IMG/VR virus record: IMGVR_UViG_3300040801_001572 | Span: 50,655 to 114,654 of that record | DNA: 64,000 nucleotides | Direction: 5' to 3' (one strand) | DNA from: a virus | Part shown: positions 54,612-64,000 of the stretch, one piece after another | How positions within the stretch are numbered: position 1 is the first letter of the stretch | How the letters are laid out: each line of letters opens with the position of its first letter | Translations under genes and position numbers: made by a program | The notes under the pieces: generated by a model | Databases searched by the model: none | What the model saw: only the letters and a program-made list of their open reading frames with translations | Told to the model about the DNA's origin: nothing

Positions 54612-55877
54612 AGGATAGCAAATGGCTGTTGTTGAGTGGGACAAGCCGGTCGAAATGAAGTTCGACGAGGATACCGGACAAGAACTGCTGATGCAAGCTC
54701 TCAAAATTGACAGTGTCATGAAGTGGGAAGGCAAAGTCAAGCAAGTCAAGCATCGTTATTCTCTTGAGTTGCGACAGCAGTTCTCGGGTTCGTCGAATGT
54801 TCTTGTTGTGGTAGGATACCACAAAGATATGGTTCCTGATCCTAGATGGCCATCTAATCGTCCTAGCGAGGACCGAGACATCTGCGTCAGCATGAACGGT
54901 AAGACACACCTTACTGACGAAGAGTTCTACACAATGACACTGGCTATTCGTGAAGCAAAGGCAGTATTGGCACACCTCAATGAGCAGTAAAGAACCCGAC
55001 GTCCATTCTCTACTTGGCATAATTGAGATAACGTTTCCGTATACGTCTGTTCGTCGTCGGAGTATCTGCACAGATCTTGATCAAATAGAGAATTTAATAA
55101 CCAAACTAGGAACAGCATACGAACACGAAGATATTGACTACATAGGTTCCTTGCTCGGTGATTTAAATTATTGTGTATCCTCGCTGAGTGATGCAAAGGA
55201 AATAATCGAGTTTTCGGACGACTACGAAGATTATGCGTCTTACTGGGTAAAAGAAACAGAATCTCGCCTCGACGAAGATGAGTTGTTAGAACTGGAGCAG
55301 CAGAAAATCCTACATAGGCTATCGAATGGCAAATGAAATCGAGAAAGTAGTTTGGTTTGCATATTACCCCGGCCAGGGGTTTCTTACGTCTAAACACAGT
55401 CGTAAAAAGTCGTACGATCTTAGCAAAGCGGTAGTCTATAAAAGAAAGAACGACGTGACTAATTCTTGCTACGGTGAAGGTGTTCCGGTGTCAGCTACTA
55501 TCACACTAGACGAAGAAACATTGTCGATGCTGGCGCTGTATGCAGACGGCGGCGACAAGAATCACGGCTTTGATTTAATCAAAGGTAAGAAATGAAAACC
55601 GAAAGAACAATTTGGGTAGCATATATACGTGGTAAAGGATTTCTCACCGGCGGCAAAAAAGATGTCAAACAAGAAGACAATTCTACAGGCCGATCCTACC
55701 GTCGCAAGAAACGAGTTTATACTACCAGTATGGATTTTACCAAAGCCAGGATGTTCAAAGAAAAACATCATGCGGAAGCTGCTGCTCACAACACTGAAGA
55801 TGAGTTAGTGCCAGTTCCAATTAAAATGACTATTGAGCCCGAAGTTCTTACACTGTTGGAGCTCGGAGGATCAGTTG

Positions 55878-56372
55878 ATGAATCAGTTTAAGGCTCCAGA
55901 GAATTACAGTTACTTCATGGACGGCGGAGAACAAGTTCTCTTTCTCGCCGGCACAATTGACATGGGAGACTCTGTAGATTGGCAAGAAGACGTAGCCAAT
56001 CAGTTGAACGATGTTGACGACCTAGTGATTCTTAATCCCAGGCGAGACAACTGGGACAACAGTTGGGAACAAAGCAAAGATCATCCACAATTCAACGAAC
56101 AGGTAACATGGGAGCTAGAAGGACTTCGCCGTTCGGACATTGTGTTTTTTAATTTTCTCCCAAGCTCGAAAAGCCCGATTACCATGATGGAATTAGGATA
56201 TATGCTTGGCTGGAATGACTTTGTCCACAGAGACATTGTTGTATGTTGTCCGAAAGAGTTCTATCGCAAAGGCAACGTCGACATAATCTGTGACATGCAC
56301 TACGTAAAGGTGTATGAAGAATACCAAGAAGCTGTACGTGTTCTTAGAAAGAGAATAACAGGAATATTATAA
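55878..56372 (+). CDS. Nucleoside 2-deoxyribosyltransferase-like protein
   Basis: FLAGTIDMG..WQ, NPRR, QVTWEL, SPITMMELG. Confidence 0.85.
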   Translation: MNQFKAPENYSYFMDGGEQVLFLAGTIDMGDSVDWQEDVANQLNDVDDLVILNPRRDNWDNSWEQSKDHPQFNEQVTWELEGLRRSDIVFFNFLPSSKSPITMMELGYMLGWNDFVHRDIVVCCPKEFYRKGNVDIICDMHYVKVYEEYQEAVRVLRKRITGIL

Positions 56373-56495
56373 TGTGTAGCTGATCCATTCCGATCAGTAA
56401 GACCACCAGATCTTTCAAATGCTGGAAGGGGAACCTAAGCCTCTCCTCGGGCCTGATTTAATGCGGGGAGACAGATCCGGTAGCTAAATAAGTGC

Positions 56496-57116
56496 ATGTC
56501 ACTTATACCAGACAATCAGTTGTGTGATTCCGGCTGTGGAGAACTTGCAAAGTATTTTAGCGAAGGCACAGGGAGATACCGATGTCGAAAGAGCGCTAAC
56601 AGTTGTCCTGCTAATCGAAAAAAGAATAGTCAGGGCCTTACTAAAGCTCACGCATCTGGTAAAATGAAAATTTTTACAAAAGAGGATCGACATAAAAGTC
56701 ATGTTTCTCACAGAAGAAAGCTGGTTGCATCGAAACCGTTTGAGCAGCTTGGCTATCGACTAAGAAAAAAGATTGTATTAGAAGATCAGGATTATAGGTG
56801 TTTGCATTGTGGCATTAGCGAATGGCAAGGTATACGTATAACGTTAGAGCTTGACCATATCGACGGTAATCGTTATAATGACAAACGTGAGAATTTGCGC
56901 TGTCTTTGTCCAAACTGTCACAGCATCACTGACACATGGAAAGTCGGTAGTGTTAAGAAAACAGGCAAGCGCAAATGTACAGATAAAGAGATTGTGAAAG
57001 CATTTGAAAATGCAGGATCGATCAGCGGAGCACTCAAGGAACTCGATATGAATTGGGGCTCCGGAGAAACTGTTAAGAGAGTTTTGTATCAGCAGGGACT
57101 AATTGACAGTTTGTAA
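56496..57116 (+). CDS. HNH endonuclease
   Basis: CLHCG..LELDHIDGNRYNDKRENLRCLCPNCH. Confidence 0.92.
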   Translation: MSLIPDNQLCDSGCGELAKYFSEGTGRYRCRKSANSCPANRKKNSQGLTKAHASGKMKIFTKEDRHKSHVSHRRKLVASKPFEQLGYRLRKKIVLEDQDYRCLHCGISEWQGIRITLELDHIDGNRYNDKRENLRCLCPNCHSITDTWKVGSVKKTGKRKCTDKEIVKAFENAGSISGALKELDMNWGSGETVKRVLYQQGLIDSL

Positions 57117-57124
57117 AATGAATT

Positions 57125-57210
57125 GCGGATGTGGCGAAATTGGTATACGCGCAGTCTTTAGGTGTCTGTTCCTTTATGGAGTGTGGGTTCAAGTCCCTCC
57201 ATCCGCACCA
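57125..57210 (+). tRNA. tRNA-Leu(TAG)
   Basis: Type II cloverleaf; ttTAGgt loop; CCA. Confidence 0.9.
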
Positions 57211-57929
57211 TATCGTTAGTTACTACCATCGCATGGTACAGACAGGCTAACAAGCGTTAGCAATAAGGTAACGAGATCGACTAAAAGCTGTGACGTCGAT
57301 CATTCTTAATAGCAAGGTGTGCAATATGTTCGCGTGGTTCACGAATCTTTTTCGAAGAGAACAGTGGCGTTTGGTTGCTACAGTGAGTGATCCAGACGAG
57401 TACGCCCATTACACTGTTAATAGAATTGGCGAACGCAAAGACAGAGGTCGGTTTTCATTCTTTTATCACTTGTTTGAAAGTGATCGGGGTAATCGCCGAG
57501 TTGAGATCGCACACACCCTGACTACTGCTTCTCGTAATTATGATGCAACAAAGACAGCTAAGAATTCCGAATTCTATCACACAAAGATCTATCGCTGGGA
57601 ACAAGGCAGATATGATCCGGATATTCCTAGGTACTCCGAAGTACCAGAGGAAGATACTGCTAACGCACTGAAAGGGACATTATGAAGTTTGGCGAATACG
57701 TTGCACAACTGCAGGAGTTCTTAGAGAAGAACCCAGATGCAAGTGAATACACCACAGTGTTTTCACGCGACGACGAAGGCAATGGTTTCAACGTAGTTCA
57801 CTATACTGCTACAGTCGGAAACTTCGACGGTGAACGCGACGGTGAGTTCATCAGCGGCGATCGAGACATGGAAGAGTACGAAGTCGAGCCAAATGCAGTT
57901 TGCATCAATTAAATGGTAAATAGTTTTAT

Positions 57930-58008
57930 CCGGGTGTAGCTCAGTCTGGTTTAGAGCGCTCGCTTTGGGAGCGAGAGGTCCTCAGTTCGAATCCGAGTAC
58001 CCGGACCA
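57930..58008 (+). tRNA. tRNA-Pro(TGG)
   Basis: CTCGC-ttTGGga-GCGAG; CCA. Confidence 0.92.
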
Positions 58009-58446
58009 ATTCAACTTGTTGCTCTTACGACGATTTTCAGATCTAGTAAGATACTGCAAGTTATCCTGATGATGTAGGCCACCTCTGCTAATTGGTATGA
58101 TGTGGTCTACTTCATAACCCTCCGGACAATTTTCATATATTTCTTGAATTAACGCACGGTCTGCATCGTCCGGCGTCTGTGCTTTTTGACGAGCGTGATA
58201 TCTTTGCCATGCTTCGTTTTGGATAGCACGATTTCGTTTGTGCCATTTTTCATCTTTAGGAACTCGGCTAGCAATTTGGGCACATTTATGCGAACAGTAT
58301 TGGTTAGTTGATTGGTGATACATCTCTTTCTCAACACCACAGACCTTGCAATTGAATTTAGGTTTTTCTCGACCACAGAATTTAACATGCATAGAAAGTC
58401 CTTGCGTGTTTTTGAATTCTTTTTGGCATTTATTACATGTGTGCAT
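57982..58446 (-). CDS. HNH endonuclease (antisense, ends inside tRNA-Pro)
   Basis: EVDHIIPISRGGLHHQDNLQYLTRSENRRKSN; TAAATA-N5-ATG. Confidence 0.9.
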   Translation of the reverse strand: MHTCNKCQKEFKNTQGLSMHVKFCGREKPKFNCKVCGVEKEMYHQSTNQYCSHKCAQIASRVPKDEKWHKRNRAIQNEAWQRYHARQKAQTPDDADRALIQEIYENCPEGYEVDHIIPISRGGLHHQDNLQYLTRSENRRKSNKLNWSGYSDSN

Positions 58447-60159
58447 GTGACTATTTACCTCAGCCTGGTAGCGCAGAATAAACTTCTTGACCATCACTGT
58501 CCTTTTTTTATATGCTAGTTTTGCGACGGCAAGGTAGCGAGAGCGCTCTAAGTGCAAACAGCTTCGATGTCCTTTATGGATAATGGGCGGGTGCAGGCCG
58601 GGGGGAAAATACCTCTATGCAACAGCATATGTACCGGGGTCCTAAGACCAGTGTCGCCGCACAAATTAACGGAGAGTGCAATGACAACAGAAACAATACA
58701 AAAATATATACCTTATGCACTCTCATTGGAAAAATTGCACAGTCTCCCGACACCTCGGCTCTTAGCATATTACAAGAAGTACCGTTGGGTGCGACATTAC
58801 GGTGTGGAAATCTTAAACGAAAGAGATAAAACTGTTAATCAGCTTGCAAACGAGTACATGGACGCAATCAAAGAGATACTAGACAGCCGTGAGCATGTTG
58901 CCTGAAGAAACCACACTTCGAAAGCTGCAAGGTCGCTGCTACGACACTGACATCGATGTCGACACAGTGCAGATAGATGATATCTATTCTAGTGACTATC
59001 CAGATTTTTCCGATGCGTTTGTGCTCGAAGCAAAATGGAAAGACGGCACAGCACTCACTGAGGAAGAACTAAGGCAATTCAACGAACTGGAACAAACAAA
59101 GTATCTAATCAGCGAACTGATACACGAGAATGTTCTGTACCTATGAAAAATCGCGATCCAGAAAGAATCTTCGATGGACTTTGGTCACACGATGATGTAG
59201 CGGTTGCTCTCCAAAGGCTAATCGACTCGAGGAAAGTAAAGCGAGAAGATCTTGTAGAGTGTCCAGGCGAAGCACACGAACTGGACTGCACTTTTAATCC
59301 AGGCAGCCAAGGACCATACGGTCCGGGATATCATCACTGCGACTATTGTGATGATGCTGGGTGGATCACAGAGGAATGGGAACTCGAAATAAGAGATTGG
59401 GAAGCCGAATGCAAGAGACAGGCCGAGCAAAAGAGAAAGGAAGCTCAGCGTGAACTCGAGCAACTAAAGATTGTTGAGAAACTGAAATCAGGCCCGAGGC
59501 AAATACATGGTTAAGGTAAAGATAATAAATTCTTGCGAGCACACCGGTGTAAAGGCAGGTGAAGTATACGAGGCCAAGCGATACCATTTAGACCCCGGCA
59601 AGTATATACTGGAGCGCAGAATACCAGATGGCCACGATCCAATGTGCACAGAATATGCATACAATGTGGCCCTGTGGATGGGCCCACCAGGGCACAAGAA
59701 GTGGATGCAGATCGTAGACAATACATACGTGGAGCTCGAAGAATGACAATGGACGAAATTGTCAGTGTGCTGGTAGCTCGCTATCGACCTCTTGCAAAGC
59801 AGCTAGGCACTTCAGGACGTGAGCGACTCGAAAACATGCTAGATATTCTAGAAACAAATTCGCATGACTGGCCAGTTGACAAAACACACCGTTGGATAGG
59901 ATTTATACAAGGTGCACTTTGGGTAAGCGATCTAATCGACGTTGACGAAGAAAGAAATTTCACCCGCCCGCTTTTCCATCAGTTTTACCGTAAGCTCGGT
60001 CTTGAAATACCTGACTCTGTCGATGTAATGAACAGTGATCTGAGCCGTTGACAAACTTTGCAATTTTGCTAAACTATTGATGCGGTGAATTGGTTTGCTT
60101 CGCATCTTACGACCTACGCATTCTAACGAGTGTGTTGGCGTTGCAGACTTTTACATCGT

Positions 60160-60245
60160 GTTGCCTATGTTGGATAGGAACCAGCAGGCTGTTGCAAGGT
60201 CTGTGTGTACCGGTTCGATTCCGGGCAAACCTCTAGGCAACCCAA
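60160..60245 (+). ncRNA. tRNA-like element (Cys-like loop, no CCA)
   Basis: GTTGCCTA/TAGGCAAC closing stem; D-like arm; CCGG-TTCGATT-CCGG T arm. Confidence 0.5.
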
Positions 60246-60455
60246 ATTCGAGGACAGGAACAATGGAACACAGTGACTTTAAAATTAACGGTATCTTCTA
60301 CACTGCCACAGGCGAATGGTACTGCACTGACATCGGAACAAGAACAGTGATTGCAGTCAAGGTTGTTCCTGGTCAGCGTATCAGTGACGGCGAAGAAGTT
60401 GTGTTCGATGAATTTGACTTCGGTGGTTGTCGCCTTAGTGCGTTTGAGGACTAAC

Positions 60456-61007
60456 ATGAAATATTTTGCGACTCTGCTTGTTGTTCTAGTTACAGCATGT
60501 TCCGGTCAACCGGGTCCCCAAGCAACAGTATGGCATCCGGACGAAAATGAATCTCTGCTAATGGATGCCAAGCAACGCATTGTAATCAGCACAACACGAA
60601 ACGATCAGCATGTGATCTGCGCAGAACCAGTTCCAGATGTAGTCAGTTCGGTCAATACTGATTTTGGGTTTGATGCAAACATCGGCCCAGCACTGAGCAG
60701 AGCCGGTGCCGCAGATATTGGCCGAACTGCTGACGAGACTGTGACCAATCTAGGCAAGCGAACACAGAGCGTACAACTGTTACGAGATGGCCTGTATCGT
60801 GCATGTGAGGCATACGTCAACGGACTGCTCGACGAAGAAGATTATCGCCGTATTTTGGTGAATTACGACGAGATTCTTGTAGCCCTAACAGCTATTGACG
60901 CACTGGGAAATCACACGGGCAGCAACGACGCTGTGATAGCAATTGAGGAACTAGTGAAGACCTACTTCTGCTTGCACAACGATTTAGAAATTTGTACACC
61001 GGAGTAA
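60456..61007 (+). CDS. Putative lipoprotein
   Basis: LVTAC lipobox; CAEPVPD..QLLRDGLYRACEAYVNG. Confidence 0.7.
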   Translation: MKYFATLLVVLVTACSGQPGPQATVWHPDENESLLMDAKQRIVISTTRNDQHVICAEPVPDVVSSVNTDFGFDANIGPALSRAGAADIGRTADETVTNLGKRTQSVQLLRDGLYRACEAYVNGLLDEEDYRRILVNYDEILVALTAIDALGNHTGSNDAVIAIEELVKTYFCLHNDLEICTPE

Positions 61008-61491
61008 CTGTGTCAGAATACACATTTTTCTACCCCATGCTTGGCAAGTGTGAATTGCTATCAGTGTGGCACAAAGGTAAGCGTGGTCAGAAACCGATTC
61101 GCTATCTATTTAAATATGTCGAACCAACAAACACAGAATTTCATCAGCCGGGTGATTTGTTTTTGTTTTACTTCGATTTCGATCCATATGGCCTAGGCGA
61201 CTTTGCAGGTATGCCAGGTATGTCGATGGCGCAGATACAAACTATCGACATTACTGGAATGCTAAGTGATGGTGCACGATTCGTGACGCCTGAGCACATT
61301 AGGCAGCGTGGTTATAACTATTACCTGATGGATGTTGCTGCTGATGAGTTGGATATGCAATTTCAGAGTGACTTCCATGGCTGGCTAAGGCACGACCCGA
61401 TGATATTGGGCAGTGATAATTTACATCAAAAGTACAGCACAGCAGGTAAGAAATTCGTACAGGGGCCCAACGGTTTCTGTGTTTAAGTTAC

Positions 61492-61545
61492 GGGCCCATA
61501 GCTCAGTTGGTTAGTTAGTTAATTAGAGGTTAAAGCACCTTACTA
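61492..61545 (+). pseudogene. tRNA 5' remnants upstream of endonuclease
   Basis: GGGCCCATAGCTCAGTTGGTTAG then GGTTAAAGCAC; no anticodon or T arm. Confidence 0.65.
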
Positions 61546-61567
61546 CGCAAGAGATAAATAAACATGT

Positions 61568-62200
61568 ATGTTTATTTGTCCATATTGCCAATCTAAAAGA
61601 AAAAGCCAAAACTCACTTACCCAACATCAGATACGATGTAAGAAGAACCCAAATCATATTGAAGTTAAACCTTCTTACGGAATGTCCGGAAAGAAAGGCG
61701 CCAATCAATATACGTATGGTGCAAAAATGTCCGAAGAGACAAAAAGAAAAATATCTAAGGCTAGTTCAAAGCAGACCTGGGATAGAGAACGAAGAAAGAA
61801 ACATTCTAAACGAATGAAGCAAGCAGTCGAGGAAAATCCAAATTCCTATACTAAAAATAATGTAGTTGGCAGGGTCCGTAATATCGAATATAAAGGTAAA
61901 ATACTGAAGGGAACCTGGGAGCTAAGAACTGCCAAGTGGTTAGACTCACAACATGAAGTATGGAACAACGAAGTAAGCCCTCAGGTTTATTTTTGGAACG
62001 ACAGCGAGCATTTATATTATCCTGATTTTTATTTACCGGAACATGATCTTTATATTGAAGTCAAGGGGTATAAAAGAGAGAGGGATGAGGCGAAATGGTC
62101 GCAATTTAACGGGACTCTTGTTATAATTGACAAGAGTCTTATTAATAGGCTCGAAAAATATACGATACTAGAGATTCGCCCCTATAGCTTAGTGGCCTAA
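61568..62200 (+). CDS. PD-(D/E)XK homing-type endonuclease with Zn finger and NUMOD3
   Basis: GTWE, YYPDFYL, YIEVKG; MSEETKRKIS. Confidence 0.88.
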   Translation: MFICPYCQSKRKSQNSLTQHQIRCKKNPNHIEVKPSYGMSGKKGANQYTYGAKMSEETKRKISKASSKQTWDRERRKKHSKRMKQAVEENPNSYTKNNVVGRVRNIEYKGKILKGTWELRTAKWLDSQHEVWNNEVSPQVYFWNDSEHLYYPDFYLPEHDLYIEVKGYKRERDEAKWSQFNGTLVIIDKSLINRLEKYTILEIRPYSLVA

Positions 62201-62254
62201 AGCACTCCGCTCATAACGGATTGATCCTTCGTTCGAATCGAAGTAGGGGCACCA
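62178..62254 (+). tRNA. tRNA(CAT), Met or lysidine-Ile2
   Basis: ctCATaa loop; CCA. Confidence 0.88.
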
Positions 62255-62268
62255 GACAGTGAAAAATT

Positions 62269-62901
62269 ATGAAAAGAATAGCTGTGTTGTTCTTATTGAT
62301 GTTTCCTGCCACGTCGTGGAGCATAGACGAAAATCAAACAGGTGCATGGTACAGCTTCATATACAGTAAATCATTTCTAGATAGTCGATGGGGATTAAAG
62401 GGAGACTGGCAATATCGAAAATGGGACCTAGACGGTGACCTGCAGACGTTTCTGATACGTAACGCCGTTACATACACCATTAACGATAATTGGACAGCAG
62501 CAGCGGGCTATGCACATTTGACTCGAGGCGAGTTCGGCGCAAGTGATAGAAAAAACACAGAGCACAGAACGTATCAGGAAATAGTTTACAGACATCAAGC
62601 AGGCGATCTAAGTGTTTCTCATCGCTTGCGAACAGAACAACGCTGGATACAAAATAGAAGCAGAACTGAAAGATATCGGTACAATCTCAGCATACAATAT
62701 CCGCTAACAGACAGATGGTACCTGAGTGGCTATAACGAATACTTTGTGAATGCCGGCGGTAAGTTTGACCAGAATCGAACCAAGGCTGCCCTTGGTTATA
62801 GAGTAAATGCACAGAATCGAATACACGCCGGGTACATGTATCAGGTAGACAACGATTTCGAGAAAGGACAAGTCATGTTGTCTTGGTATCTCGATTTCTA
62901 A
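62269..62901 (+). CDS. Outer-membrane beta-barrel protein (DUF2490-like)
   Basis: Signal peptide; EHRTYQE, HRLRTEQRW, RYRY, FDQNR; C-terminal F. Confidence 0.8.
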   Translation: MKRIAVLFLLMFPATSWSIDENQTGAWYSFIYSKSFLDSRWGLKGDWQYRKWDLDGDLQTFLIRNAVTYTINDNWTAAAGYAHLTRGEFGASDRKNTEHRTYQEIVYRHQAGDLSVSHRLRTEQRWIQNRSRTERYRYNLSIQYPLTDRWYLSGYNEYFVNAGGKFDQNRTKAALGYRVNAQNRIHAGYMYQVDNDFEKGQVMLSWYLDF

Positions 62902-62917
62902 ACTGCTAAATACTCGT

Positions 62918-63142
62918 ATGCGACTACATGAAATTATAACAGAGCGCCGAGTTAAAAGTTCCTGGATTAAAGACTTGACACTCAACGGCAGAGATGTTAC
63001 GCTTACGACCAAGACTGGAAGAGTTTATCTTATCAAAGACGTAAGCGAACAAGACATTGAGCGATGGGGAAATTCTCCTAGCTTTGGCTCTTTCTATAAT
63101 AACGAAGTAAGAGACGAATACGATATTACCAGGATCAAATAG
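62918..63142 (+). CDS. KTSC-domain protein
   Basis: VKSSWI..GRVY..SPSFGSFYNNEVR. Confidence 0.7.
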   Translation: MRLHEIITERRVKSSWIKDLTLNGRDVTLTTKTGRVYLIKDVSEQDIERWGNSPSFGSFYNNEVRDEYDITRIK

Positions 63143-63427
63143 TGTCGCACTGGAACCACCGTGTAGTCAAAAAAGAATTTCGATCAGTAATAAACAATAA
63201 AGAAGTAGTTTCTACTAGATACGGAATTCACGAAGTTTTCTATAGCAACGGCGAAACTGACAAACTACTTCCAGAAGTAGGCTGGACTGAAGACCCTGTG
63301 TCAGTGTCATTGTATTCCGAGCAACATCATGAACTGACTGACCAAGAAGCAATCGAAGAATTACGCTGGACATTGGAGCATATGCTCAAGTGTCTCGACA
63401 AGCCCATTCTTGTAGATGAGGACTAAT

Positions 63428-63501
63428 GCGGGTATAGCATAGTGGTAATGCAGCGGCCTTCCAAGCCTCGGAGAGGAGTTCGATTCTCCTTACCCGCTCC
63501 A
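63428..63501 (+). tRNA. tRNA-Gly(TCC)
   Basis: ctTCCaa loop; U73; CCA. Confidence 0.92.
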
Positions 63502-64000
63502 AATTATGAATAGCAAAATAAAATACGTAAGCATCGACGCAATCAAGGAAGAGCAAATTAAGGTACAAGTCCGCGAGGATGAGATTGAAAAAATGATCCG
63601 CTGGGGCCGTTTCGATGAGAGTGTTTTGCTAGCTGGCCTCGAAGCAAGATTTAGAAAGGCGCGCGGTTTCGATGGCTACGATCTTTTACGTAAGCACACA
63701 GTAGACTACGATCGACATCGTGAAGAATGGTGTGAGTATGAGCCTCGAAACAATCATACTTATAAAACACACGGCGGCGATGCTACTGAGAATGATAAGA
63801 TTTTTCACCAGACTATCGACCACATTCGTGAATGCTTTTTAAGGGTACCACTGGAAAAAGATGACTGACCGAGAAAATATATTGACTAAAAATCTCCCTT
63901 CTAATTTTACTGTCCTAGGAACGAAGACGGAAAAAGTCAACGTCGAAGTCATGCGACACGAGATTGAAAAAATTGTTGAAAGAGGAGATGTGTCAATATA

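Noticed and set aside
58585-58665. ZTP riboswitch or twister-family ribozyme
   Set aside because: Only partial resemblance; required conserved cores could not be aligned.
1-64000. Alternative genetic code (stop reassignment)
   Set aside because: Core genes are intact in code 11, TAG and TGA both end genes, and no CTA/TCA/TTA-anticodon tRNA was found.
1-64000. CRISPR array or cas genes
   Set aside because: No regularly spaced repeat-spacer series or Cas motifs; recurring GGTTCGA..CC motifs are tRNA T arms.

Overview
Window from a large T4-superfamily (myovirus-like, probably jumbo) phage genome using the standard genetic code, most likely infecting a Gram-negative host. Bases 1-27 kb hold core genes: baseplate, gp55-like late sigma factor, gp47/gp46 recombination nuclease, tape-measure-like protein, portal gp20, protease gp21, scaffold gp22, major capsid gp23, gp15/gp14 and two fibre-like proteins. 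Bases 28.4-64 kb are one large plus-strand tRNA array with about 47 tRNA genes covering all 20 amino acids. Interleaved are 10 free-standing homing-type endonucleases, a compact RNase P RNA, a hammerhead ribozyme, a 200-nt group I intron in tRNA-Thr, several unidentified structured or CCA-ended RNAs, and accessory genes (SbtA-family transporter, Smr, DHH, GNAT, ART-fold). The most striking unannotated element is at the head of the array: tandem sigma70 promoters, then a 50-codon leader ORF using all 20 amino acids in its first 36 codons, overlapping an antiterminator/terminator switch. This is a candidate attenuator that would turn the tRNA array on when any tRNA is depleted. All RNA structures were read by eye and need computational confirmation.
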